Part shown: one piece after another, positions 33,572 to 45,824 of the stretch
Position numbering within the stretch: the first letter of the stretch is position 1
Layout of the letters: every line of letters starts with the position of its first letter
Assembly (NCBI GenBank): GCA_023920165.1
Contig: CP089279.1
Span: 930,001-994,000, forward strand
Origin: Curvularia clavata
Lineage: Eukaryota
Reading direction: 5' to 3'
Length of the DNA stretch: 64,000 bases
Position numbers and translations under genes: made by a program
The notes under the pieces: generated by a model
What the model was told of the DNA's origin: nothing
Seen by the model: the letters and a program-made list of their open reading frames with translations, nothing else
Database searches by the model: none

Positions 33572-33650
33572 CGGTTTTCCCAGTTTTCCCCGTCTGTGTC
33601 CTGGATCCCAGTTTTCCCATGTTTCCCATATTTCCCATGTTCCTTTCATC
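33572..33650. repeat. Imperfect tandem TTTCCC(A/C)-type 9-10 nt repeat
   Basis: gttttcccagttttccccg...cagttttcccatgtttcccatatttcccatgttcc. Confidence 0.7.
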
Positions 33651-36054
33651 CATGTTGCGTTTATGTATATAACTATTATACGTGGACGTGAATACCATGC
33701 ATGTACACTAGCTGTAGGAAGCTGATAAACACTAGCTGTTGCTCAACGCAGCCGTGTCAATGAGTCCTATTGTTGTCCCTGGGTGGTTGTAAAGGCTATG
33801 CGGGTGAGCATCCTTGTGTGGCCGTGACCGTGATCGAAGCAGAGCGGGTATCGCGTATCGAGTGGGATTAATGGGTGGGGCGGTAGGAAGCGAATAAGCG
33901 CCTGTAGTGAATTGCTTTTGTGTAGGAAGGTACAAGGTTCGTCTCGTCGCCAGGTCACCATACAGTCCGTTGTGAAGCGAACTGGGGAGCTACAAAGTCG
34001 GTAGGACGGATTGGGTCGCATCATTCTATCGTATCGCCCAGAGAACCTAGCTCAGTATTCCACGGACATTCGCGGCTTGTACTTACTGTCAAGTGTTGAT
34101 AGGCCCTCTTCCGCTAATGCACGTAATTGCCCGCTTCCGAGCAACGACCCAGCCTGGGAAGCTCCACCGAGTTCCGCCAGAGACCTCAATGGTATCTGCA
34201 TCCTATCCACAATCATCCTGCGAACCTGCACACCGAATCTCATGCCAAGTGGGAAGATGCCGCCACCACCAAATTTCTGGGAAGGAGCAGCTATCAGCCG
34301 GCGGCTGTGAGCCATCTCCCCAAGGCTGTGGGTCACAGCTCAATACAGTGAGCGAGCACAGGCAAAGCCTCTCATCCCATCCGAAAGCTATTGAGGAGCG
34401 TCGATAGGTCTGGTTATCTCGTGGCTGATACATCTCCCCCTGTTGAGCTTCTCCAGGAGTGCACAGATGGTTAGCCGGACCGCGGAGGTCATATCCGAAG
34501 CGACGCGTGGATAAGGACGAGCTCGTCGAAAGTCGATTGAGGCTCCGTACAAACGAGACTGAAGAGAAGCTGGCTAGGTCTGGAGTGCTCGAGAGATAGG
34601 GCGGATGGTACAGAATAGCATTCTCGGCTGCGGCGCCTCTGATGTATGCTACACTCAAAGTGAACTCGCGTGATAACAAGATGTAGCGGATACATTGGAC
34701 TTGAATGGATAGGGCGGATGCAACGTAGCTGTTGAAGAAGGTTGCTGTGTACAAGAGCTTGGGAACAATAGAGTGCGGGTAGGGTCGCCGTACGACATGG
34801 ATGAGGGCAGTACTAATACTAGGGTACCAGACTTTCAAGGCAGGCGCGTTCCTGTCCATCATCAACACCAACGTCCTATCTTCACTCTCTACTTTTCCCA
34901 TTGGCTTTTTATCCTACTCATCGATTTGCGGAGTGCCAAAGCGTTGGAGCGTCTTTAAGACCAGCATCCCTTGTACAGACACACGCATTGCCGTCCCCAA
35001 GCTCCAACAGTCCTGCTCAACCCTCTGCATCAACAAACTAGCAACATTCATTCTCGCGTGGCCCTCGATTAACTCTTACAAGCTCCAACCTTGACTGGAG
35101 ATCAGATGAAACTGCCGTCTTACATCATCGTTTGTCCACCCATCAGGCATTACTCATTCGCTCGACTTGGTAGACCCGTTGGACAAGACGCGAACGCGGT
35201 TGGTGGATTCAGCCAGCATCAAGCTCTTCTTAATAGTCGAATCGTTACCGATGCGCCCTTCGATATGTCGCCTCGCGTTACGTCGTGTATGATCGCGCCC
35301 TCTACACGCACCACATCCATGTCGTCCACTACCCCTGCTTGACGAATTTACGAACTCGGCACGAACCCTGGACAGAAAACGGCCATCTCCATCTGTCAGA
35401 AATGAAGGAGTGTTGCAAGAAAAAGGCACAGAAAACAAGAGCAAAGGCAAATTGGGAGAATGTTCGACACACGGTTTAGCACCGCGATTATTCCGACTCT
35501 TTCTACATTTGACCAGATACACAAGGCACGAAGACGGAAAGCAACTATGCTAAGGAATAGTTGCAGGATGTGTACCAATCACCTATGAATAGCCATCATG
35601 AGAGGATTGAAAAATGTGGAAATAGTGTGGGCATACGAAGAAAGCGAGACATGTTGAAAGTATGCAAGAGCTGGGCTTGAAAGCGCAAACCCTGAGCACT
35701 GCCTCGGCTACGTACCAAAGCATTACCACTCAACAATATGCCGGTCCCGCTTGGTGCAGCCGTGTTGAATTCTGCACCCGTATGGTCAGGCCCGCTTTGG
35801 CTTGATATCCATGGCCACCAGGGCTTTTCGGAGCCTTACACGACGGCTATACGAAAGAGTTTCGCGGCAAGCCTCAGTACGCTCCTTGTTTGTCGTGAGG
35901 CGCTCTCTCGGGCTCGCTCTTTCGCTTTATCCATACCGGGCCACGTTGCTGCTGGACTCAGGCTTTCTCGAACACCACTAATAGTCGAAGCTTCCTTTTC
36001 GACGTTTGAACACACGCTGTAAAAAGACAGGACTCCCTCCGGGCATCGTGGACT

Positions 36055-36660
36055 CTAAACATCTCGTATTGGGTCGTACGGGCGAGACTCGCTTGGCGAA
36101 TACTCGGTTCGTTGTGGGCTCGAAGATTGAACGCTGCTGTCTGAAGGTGCCTGAGCAGTATGCACATGTATTGGCGAGCTTGGCCCTGACCCTGAATTCG
36201 ATCCTGGGATTCCTTGCAGCATGCTGCCTGCTTCTGCGCAGCCATCGAGGTCAGCTAGTGTACATTTGAAAAGCGTTTGACTACCTGCCCGCCAGGCGAC
36301 GTTTAGAGGGGACAGTTGCCATTGTACGTACCGTACTTCCGTTGGATGTCTCGGAGGAGTTGTGACACGCGCCACTTCAAAATAATCATCTCGACTGGCG
36401 GGATACCTTCAGCTCTTAGTCGAGCATTGATTCTCTCCAACATTTGTTCCTTTTCGTTCGCGGGGATGAGGATCCATCTTTTCCAGTCTGGATGCGCCTC
36501 TGCAAGCTGCCTGGCCTCGTCTTTTGTTATGAACTAGTGTGATTAGCCCAGCATACTCTTGCGACCAGAGCCTACTCACATAAAAACGGTCCCATTGCTC
36601 CTGACTGTGGTTGGCAGCAGTACGGGCCTCCTGGACCGTCGCATTTATCCGAATGCTCAT
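36055..36660 (-). CDS. Hypothetical 153-aa protein; exons 36660-36580, 36533-36332, 36233-36055
   Basis: Two canonical introns (GTGAGT..CTAAT..TAG; GTACGT..CTGAC..CAG) give MSIRINATVQEARTAANHSQEQWDRFYFITKDEARQLAEAHPDWKRWILIPANEKEQMLERINARLRAEGIPPVEMIILKWRVSQLLRDIQRKYEAGS...RPYDPIRDV*. Confidence 0.78.
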
Positions 36661-39658
36661 AGTGGCAGTATGGCCTGGGGACAGCGACACCCAAGGAATG
36701 CCAGCCAGCCTCTAGATTCACGGAAAGCAAGAGAAGCAGGAGATTTGAGGGCACCGCGGTTCACCCCCCGCTTCGATCTAGCCTTGGCAGGACTTTGTTT
36801 TTGGAGAGGCTGAGGTGAGGAACTGTGACAGTGCTCGCAGGGCTCGGGCCAGAGAGAGTGTCGGAATCGGCGGTGGCTGAAATGCTTGTGCGTCATATCA
36901 ACTGGCATCATTGGCAGACAGCAGACTCAGGTAGAAACAGGCAATTCCTTATGCCTGTTGCTTTTCTACCTCGCTCTGCGAGATGTGGCTTCTTGCGCCA
37001 TCTCACTCTGAAGGTGAGCCCTCGGGCACGACCAAATCAGCCCCCCCGCGGTCGAATTTGATGCCGTACGCCCAACACTTGAATGCCCAAGCACGGACAT
37101 TCGGTAGCGTTCGGCAACATGATTGCTCAGTATTTTTCAAATTCAAGGGCGATTGCTACTCTGATTGCCCCTCGCCATCACAGTTCAGGAGGAGCACAAA
37201 CCCAACCCGACAGCGTCTCTGATGGAGCCGCATACCGAACCCAGAGCCACACCTCCTACCGCACTGTCATGTCTGACCAACACGAAAATCATCCAGGAGG
37301 TGCCAGCATCCTTGTCCACGAGCACACTCCGCCGCTGCCGAGCGCGGAAAATTCGATACTGTATGCGTTCGGCCGCTACCTGGTCGATCAACCGTGTGCG
37401 CGGACCCGGGGTCACTTGGAAGTCTAGGTCACATTTCCGGCCCTAACCGGCCCGAGCCTCAACGTGCAGCAAATCCCAGGGCCATCCTGGAGAGAGACCG
37501 CAGCGACTGAATTTGCTCTCTGTATAACTTCTGCTCGGTGTCCAATCCCTCCCAATCAAACTCTGAAACCCACCCCGGGCCGACGGGCTCCTCCTGGCTG
37601 TGTTTAGGGTAACCTCATGCTTCCTTTCATGGCTACCACCAGGGCCACGTTGTGGGGCAGGGACCGGCACGGCAACTTACGCCGCGCACCTTTGGGCTGT
37701 TTCAGCGCCACGACTCACGTGGGCCTAGCACAGGCACAGGCAGTCCCAGAGTCGTGGTCATCATCGTCACGCTGCGGCCAGGACTCTGGAGGCGCCACGC
37801 GACAACACTAAGCTTAGATCTCTGGCCTTTAGGTGTTGCCACAGATACTTCAGCGCTGCCACGCACGGCCAACGTGCGCGTTGTACAGCATATGCACATC
37901 TGCGCCATTTCCAACAAGTCAAGGCTGACTGCATCATCGAGGCTGGCATTTCCTATACGGTCCATTCCGCATTGGCGCCGTCTCCCCATGTGCCGAAGAG
38001 ATCGTGAGCGCCGAACATGTGCCCGACCATTGGATCGACTCCTCACAGCTCGTCTTTCACCGCTAATCTCAGGTCTTAGATACCTTTGCCTGCTCACAGT
38101 CCCCCCACACTAGCAAGGCACTCGCCCCCGTCCTCCGTGATCGATGTCGTCATATCGTGAGAAAGCTGATAAAAACAGGTTGCCTAAAGTTTTCCGTAGC
38201 CTAACATCTTCTCAGCTTCGAGAGCAATGACATCGAAGACATAGCTGGGTTTCGGTGCCCCCTAAGCCTTTCTCACAGCCACTATGGTGGAAATGAAGGG
38301 ATCGGGATCGAACCTTTGCTGCCCCTTGCCTGGGTCTCGATACGAGGACATTGGCGTACGACGATGCCTGTTGCTCTTGGGCCCTAGCCACTGCTATCGC
38401 TTTGGAGCGTTCTGTGTATTGCTGGCTCTAGTTTTGCGATTAAGTATTAAGATGGGCCTTGATGCACGTATCGGCGGCATCTTCGTTCGTCGGCATGCAT
38501 GCAAGCGTTGGGCCTACGCATGACATGGCGGCCTTACGCTCGGGACGGATTCCAAAAAAAGTGAGAGCGATAAAAAGCAGGTCAACGATTTCAACGTCCC
38601 TCCTGTTTTTGTGCCCGCACATTCTTGACCAAAAGTCAATAGCTGAGACCTGGGCCTTTTGCCGTCGCGAAAAACCGCGGGTACCGGGCCGCAGGTTACG
38701 AATAGTATTGAAACGGCAGTGTATCTGACGGTCCAGGATTCTCTTTTTATAGGCCATCACGCTCAAACTTCCTATCATGGTATAAGGCTGCAAGCGAAAA
38801 GATATCGTTTCAGCTGTTTAACGCCAGTCGCACGATAGCCTCTTGTGTTCACTCATATTCCCTCAAGGTGATATATCTTAGCTAGAGGTCGATATTACAG
38901 CTCAGGCCAGATACGACACATGTCTCAACACTCACGTCCTTTTTCTCACTTCTCACGTCATATACACATGATCCTGGATGTTTTGGTATACTGAATCGGA
39001 GCTACAGCCCATGTCTGCAGTTGAGCAGCAATCAGAAAGGACAAGAGGTCTTGCAATCAGAGAACCCAGCAGTCTGGAACCCATTTAGCTAACCGGTACT
39101 ACTAGAAAGCACTGGCATGAAGCTTACTGAAAGTTGGGAGCACATGTGGCGCTAACATAGCAACAGAGGGTCGGCCCGTAGACGTTCCTGCCAAGAGCTG
39201 ATGATAATTGACCCGCCTCGATATCACCCATTGTTTGGAGAAAACTCTATCGTTCTTCTCACTAGTTGGAACTAGTGGTATTGGTGATGACTAGCGCTCC
39301 AGCTTGGTTCCTCTCTTCGGATGTTGCCTCCGATTTGTAACAAGGATTCCTAGCCGAGGGCCAATTCAATAATCTTCTTTCCACATGTGCTATTCGCACT
39401 TCCTCAACTCAGAATGGCAGGCGATTAACGCACCAATCATGGGCATGTTAAGATACCAGCCCCTATATCACATCGCGACCAGAGCTTGTTTACCACCATG
39501 TACAGTGCAATCGCCGTCCAGCGTGACCTTATGAAGCGGGGTATGTCATGTTGTTTTGTTCCTAGTACTTTATCAACGGAGTTGCAGAAAGGTGGTCTAC
39601 TTTTTTTCCTCGTAGCGACACCTACTATGCAGACTTGAAGAAAGAAACACAACCTATT

Positions 39659-40783
39659 ATGATGAGATTGATCCCATTGCTTTTTTTGGGCGCAATTGCG
39701 GCTGCAATGCCGACCTCAGTGGATCTCTCAACTCGATCCTCCATTTCGAAAGTTGACGGACTGAAGTTCAACATCGATGGTACAACCAAATACTATGCTG
39801 GCACCAATTCCTACTGGATGCCGTTCTTGACCAACGACAGTGATGTGGACATCATCATGGGCCATCTTGCTACCTCGGGCGGAAAGATTCTGCGGGTCTG
39901 GGGATTCAACGATGTGAAGGGCGATCCTGGTCCAGACGTGGTATACTTTCAGTCTTTCTCCGGCTCCTCTGCGACTATCAACACGGGTCCAAATGGCCTC
40001 CAACGCCTCGACGCTGTGGTCAAGGCGGCTGAAAAGCATGGGATCAAACTGATCATCAATTTCGTGAACAACTGGGAAGACTATGGAGGCATGAAAGCAT
40101 ATTTCAGCGCATGCGGTGTCATCACTCATTTTGGGTGGTACACAAAGACCCAATGCCAGTCCATGTACCAAAACTACATCAAAGCGGTCATCTCGCGCTA
40201 CCGCGACTCCAATGCCATATTTGCCTGGGAACTCGCCAACGAGCCACGCTGTAGGCTGTGTCCGACATCCATCTTGACAAACTGGATCCGCCAGACTAGC
40301 GACTACATCCGCTCGCTCGACTCGGAGCACATGATTGCGATTGGAGACGAAGGCTTCGGGCTTGAAGGCGGTATCACTTATCCTTACTGGCAGGTAGAGG
40401 GCATAGACTGGGCTACCAACCTCGCCTTACCTAACATCTCCTTCGGCACATTCCATCTATACCCCAACGCTTGGCTCGTTACCAATTCTTTCGGTAGCGG
40501 CTGGATCAAAGCTCATGCCGAAATTTGCCGGCGCCTCAACAAGCCGTGTCTGTTGGAAGAGTACGGTGTGCCTAAGAAGGAGGATCACTGTCCGGTGGAA
40601 GGAGGTTGGCAGAACACCAGTTTGAGTCTCAAGGACAGTGGCATGGCTGGAGACCTGTTTTGGCAGTTAGGCGACACGTTGCCGAGTAGTGGGCAGCCAA
40701 CGCCTGATGATGGATTTACAGTCTATTATGTGAGCGAGGATTGGAAATGCTTGGTGGATGAGCACATTCGAGCTATTGGGTGA
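39659..40783 (+). CDS. Secreted GH5 endo-beta-1,4-mannanase (subfamily 7-like)
   Basis: Signal peptide, YYAGTNSYW, ILRVWGFND, NNWEDYGGM, WELANEPR (acid/base), TFHLYP, LLEEYG (nucleophile), LFWQ. Confidence 0.93.
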   Translation: MMRLIPLLFLGAIAAAMPTSVDLSTRSSISKVDGLKFNIDGTTKYYAGTNSYWMPFLTNDSDVDIIMGHLATSGGKILRVWGFNDVKGDPGPDVVYFQSFSGSSATINTGPNGLQRLDAVVKAAEKHGIKLIINFVNNWEDYGGMKAYFSACGVITHFGWYTKTQCQSMYQNYIKAVISRYRDSNAIFAWELANEPRCRLCPTSILTNWIRQTSDYIRSLDSEHMIAIGDEGFGLEGGITYPYWQVEGIDWATNLALPNISFGTFHLYPNAWLVTNSFGSGWIKAHAEICRRLNKPCLLEEYGVPKKEDHCPVEGGWQNTSLSLKDSGMAGDLFWQLGDTLPSSGQPTPDDGFTVYYVSEDWKCLVDEHIRAIG

Positions 40784-41700
40784 GATTTTCGCCAAGCGCG
40801 GGTCATTTTTATAGGAAGCGGGCGGAAATGGCTATTATTATCTCATCTGCTTCTATGCGAGCCTCGGCATCTTATGGAGGCCATAATTATGTCTCTAAAA
40901 CAGATATGCATTTTTTAAAGTCTTGACACTCTTTCTCTATATTCTTTTGCTATGTAGTAGCGTCTGACGTCAAGTTCGCAAAGAGGGGCTCGCGGCTCAA
41001 TACTTAGCACTGGCCACCACCAACACCTTAGCTGTACAACTCCGCCACACTCCCACTTACTGTATGTAAGCAAGGGTTATTGGTTCCTGACCGCTTTCGA
41101 CTACGCTTATTCAACTCGCATACAGACTGATTGTTTGCTTCGCAAGGCTCAGTGCAAACAATAAACTCCAGAAGGAGGGTTAGCCAGGTGCTGATAGCTT
41201 ATCAGAGGATCGTAGAAGATGGCTTGCAGAGCGCAAACCACCACGACTGACAGATCGGCTTTTCCAGCCAGTCGCAAAGACTCGTTCAGTGCCATGTGGT
41301 CTGGAAGGAAGGGTTGGGGGCCCTATTGCGCGCGCCACAAGCGCACAGCTTACAGCTGCCCAGAAAAGAGCTGAGAAGCGCACACACAAAACGGGAACAA
41401 TCACTAGTTGATCTTGTCTGCCTCGCTTCCCAGGCACTCTCCAGGCTGTCTCTTTTTCCCACTTTGAATCCCTTACTTGGAAGTTCTTTTGCTCAAGTTG
41501 TGGCTCTTTTCTTTGTTCAACCCGTTTGACTGCGCCGCAGAGAATCCACCATCGGTCGGTTACACACGATCAACATCCCTAACTCAGCTCCACAGCAGCC
41601 CATCAGCCAATGCGCACTGCTGTTCTTACTGACGCCAGAGCATTCTGAAACGCAAAGAATCCAGCCTATTGGATAGGCGTGGGAAGTTGGACAAGATAAC

Positions 41701-44700
41701 ATGGCTGACCGTCGGCCACTTATACAAGAGACACCAGATCTCTCAGAGAGCTCTGATAACACGCCCGCGTTGCCTTCGCTCGGCTTCTCTAACCACTCAC
41801 CCTCCATTGGATACACAAGCTTTTCGCATCCGCGACCGGGTTATGTACGGTATGCCAGTGACTCCACAGCTGTGAGCCGGAACACGCCAAGTATTGTGCA
41901 AGAAGAAGACGAAGAGGCGGGAGAGGAAGACATTGCGCATAGCTTTCAGCAGCGAGGAAAAGAGACCGGACTAGGAATAGCCACTGTGTCTGGCGCATCG
42001 CCGCAAACAGCCAGACGTGTCAGTATCCAGGCTGTTCCGAGTCGAGGAGCTGGTCCCGGTCCTAAATCCCCACTGGTTAAGAGCCCAGGTGCGCTTTCGC
42101 CACCAGGTTCAGCAGACCCTTATTTTGGAAATTTCCCAAGTCCAGCGGAGTCGACACCGGATCTACGACGCGAGAGGTTCAGTCCTGATGTTGGGAGGGG
42201 AAGCCCGGATGTAGGGTCCTATGAGGATTTTCGCCATGGGATCTTGAAGAACGTGAAGCAGGGCAGTAGTCCGAGTGTGAATGACTATCAGAACTACCTT
42301 CACGCCTCGGATACACAGAGATTAAGAGGGGGAGTAGGCGGAGGTGCAGCTCCCTCGATCAAATCGGCGTACGAGAATGACTTTCGTCCTATTCACGAGT
42401 GCCCAACGACTAAGGATTTCTACCACCCAAAGTTTACCTGGCTGAACCTGTCTATCTTCAGCATTTGTCTTTTCTCATGCGTCTTTTCTGGTATATTTTT
42501 GGCTCTGGCAATCCGCGCACCGCATTATGGACGGCGTATAACGAGCCATGGGCCCATTACACCTTCCGATGCCATCTTACTTACGACAGTCATGGCAAAA
42601 CTAATCGAGTTGTCGTTTGTCACGGCATTCGTCACGTTTCTCGGCCAAGTACTCAGTCGACGAGCGTTCATGAAAGAACACGGTCGCGGTGTAACGCTCT
42701 CTGAACTCAGCATGTGGCGCTGGGTAGTGCAGCCCGGTACACTCCTCACGTCCTGGGAGTCTGCTAAATACGCCGGCCTCTCTTTCCTAGGGATACTAAG
42801 TCTGCTGAGTGCCATACTAGCAACGCTGTATTCTTCTGCTGCCGCGTCCCTAGTGCAGCCCATGCTGCGAGACGGAAGCTGGGATAATGGCCTTGTGCTT
42901 GCTGGTCGAGTCAGGAGTGACTTTGCCAACATTGATTACCTCAAGAAAATGTGCCAGACACCAATTCGTACTGACAAGGCACACCAAGGCGAAACGTGCA
43001 TTCAGCTAGAACACGCTGGCCAGGGGTATCACAATTTTCAGCGGTATCTATCTGACTGGGACTTGAACGCGCGGAACGGAAACGGGACTTCGGATTTGCG
43101 GATGAGGCCGCAGGGATTTGGTCTCTTGTATGAGAATACGACGGTTACGGGGCAGTGGATCGAGATTGTGAATACGACGGAGGTGTCGAAGAAGCACGGC
43201 AGAGTGATTAACAACATCACAATGGCTATGCCGCACTCGGGTGTGTTTGCCGCAGCCCGTGATCAGCGAAATGGGATTCTGCAGCCGGCAGAGCTTAATT
43301 CCGAAGGCACGTATTCGCTGCGTGCGGCAGTTCCCTCGCCTGTCGTGAACGTTCTGTGTGTTAATATGAACGCCACGGAGCTGGCGCCTCTTGTGTACAG
43401 CGAATGGCCGAATGACGATATCGTCAACATTACTACCTGGGTCACTGTTCCGGGTATCAGAGACAATGCGAGTACGAAGAACAAGACAGTGGTAGACGAC
43501 CTCTTTGGCTGGAACAGCAGTGATCCGACCACACTCAACTGGCCCCCGGTATTCGGCAGATACCCTGCTCCCTTCAACACGATACTCAACCACACCAGCA
43601 ACGCCTGGGGTCGACCAGCCATATACCTGCTCGGTCAAGGCGGTCCAGATGACATGGGCGCAGACGGAACGGGCATCTACTCCGTATGTAAACTCCAAGT
43701 CAGGATTGCGCCTGGATGCAGTACTCGTCACAACGTGACAGGATCAGGCGCAACCATGGAAGCGCTGTGTGAAGATCCAAACGATAAAATGGCGTTCAAG
43801 GATACAAGTGAGACGCCTAGTAAAAATACTGTCGGCGTGGCCAATTGGCGGGACGTTGGTACCGATTGGGCAAACAGCCTTTCTCTGGGCACGGGTCTCA
43901 TGGACGCAAATGCGAGCACATCGAGGCTGTTGACGCAGCTGATTCTCAAGCCGAGTAATCCCGACCCAGAGAACCTCCAGGTCGAGTTGAGTCGTGCTTT
44001 GCCTAGCATGGCAGAAGCTCTGGCGGTGCTATCGAGCTGTACATTGCTCTTGAGTATGGTGGACACGCCATTTATCACGACATGGGTACGTGAACGTTTT
44101 TTTCTTTTTCCACATGAGGACAACAGTCTCGTGAGCATTATCGAGCATGCTGCAACTCGATTGGCCTGCAGATACCTCGGCATTCACTTGATGTGCAACA
44201 GACTCGCTGACGATCGTCATTCTAGGACTATACGCATCCCGCGCTAGACGAATACCAAACGGGATACTTCAATGCGTCCCTCAAAGCCCAGCAGTACGCG
44301 TCTGGCGGTATGCCTGGGGGTTCGAAAGCGTGGGTTATTATTCTCGCGCTGGTTTTTGCCATGAACGTGTTTGTTCTCATTTACTTTATCTTGCACCGTG
44401 GTCTCGTCACCGACTTTTCAGAACCGCCCAATTTGTTTGCCCTGGCTGTCAATTCGCCGCCATCACATGTGCTCGCAGGCTCATGCGGCGGTGGGCCCCA
44501 GGGCAAGCAGTACGGGGTGAATTGGTTCGTCAACCATGAGGGGAGCCACTTATACATGGAGCCCGGCGAGAAGGCACCTCTCCTCGATGGACACGGGCAT
44601 GGGCATGGACATGGACATGGACATGGACACGTGCACACGCAGGAACCTGGTCAGGGCCCGGCCGACAACGCTGGATCAACGGTGACCACAGGGGTGGGTG

Positions 44701-44918
44701 GGTTCTTTGCCTCGGTCACAGAAACCGTAAAAAGAGGACTGGGGTTAAAGCAGCGCCAGACACCGACAAGGCTGCAGTCGGTCAGCGCCGTGGAGGGTTT
44801 CCGGGCGCCTGGGACATTGAGACGAGGCAGTATGGCGTCAAACTACGAGATGGAGGACGGGCTGACGAGGACACGGAGACAGTACCAGAAGCTAGCGAAG
44901 CGGCGGAGCGTGCTGTGA
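41701..44918 (+). CDS. Large fungal multi-pass membrane glycoprotein of unknown function; exons 41701-44085, 44226-44918
   Basis: Disordered N-terminus, about three TM segments, a large NxS/T-rich lumenal region, a C-terminal TM and a (GH)n run. A phase-0 intron joins the two ORFs. Confidence 0.8.
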
Positions 44919-45824
44919 GGAAGGGCCGCGGAAACATACTTGTAGGTCACGTTATATCTATATCCAATGAAAAGCAGACAAATAGGGAGGGTCGACGGGG
45001 TGCAATGGCTCAGTGACGAGAGTGGTGTCAATGCGAGGGCCTGTTTTCCCCGGATTGGCGCGGGGGTTCCCCTGGCTGGCGGCCCAAGCTAGTATGTTGT
45101 CAGAAGCATGTCAGAGAGGTGCGTGAAATGAGGAGGGCGGGTGCATTGGTGTGGCGGGCGGGATGCATCGCAGAGGGGCGGAGGAGATGCCCGTTTTGTA
45201 GCGCAGGTGGTGAATGTCCGCAGCGCTCGGGCCGGCTCGGAAAGCTTGGCATGCCGGGGGGTTGCGGGCGGGCAGGCAGGCGCAAGCGAGGCGTTCGGCC
45301 ACTAGCTCCTGCTCAGGCGGGCGCGGGCGCTGTCTGGTGCTGGCATGTGAACATGGAACTTCTCATGCGCACATGCACTCTCTTCCCACCACTGCTCTCG
45401 TCACCCAAGGAATCCCCGCGAGCCACCAACTTCGCCGTCGCCTGCTAAACACCTCGCTGGGCATGCCGCTGCTGTCCGCCCCAAGCGCCGTCTCTCCCAA
45501 AGGTCCCGCCTCCCGCCGCGCAGCGAGCAGTGAGCAGCCAGCACCCTTCGCGACCGCCGCCCATTCTTCACGTCATCTCGCGCCCAACACTTCCCAACAG
45601 TCCCTCAGTAGCCTCAATCGCACACGTTTACGCACGCCTGCCCGCTCGACCGCCCCGCCGAATGCGCTAGGCTGCCCTCTGCCCTTTGTCTCCAGCTCTC
45701 CACTCTCCATACCCAGTCCTCGGGCCAGAGAGACGCCCTCCAGCCCTCCAAGCTGGCGACACTGTCGCACCAGTCGTTCGCGGGGCTCGCGGGTGTTACG
45801 GCCAGAGGCCTCCCTCGTCCCGCC

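Noticed and set aside
38285..38360. GATCGAACC as a minus-strand tRNA T-loop
   Set aside because: I could not fold a cloverleaf or find an A box.
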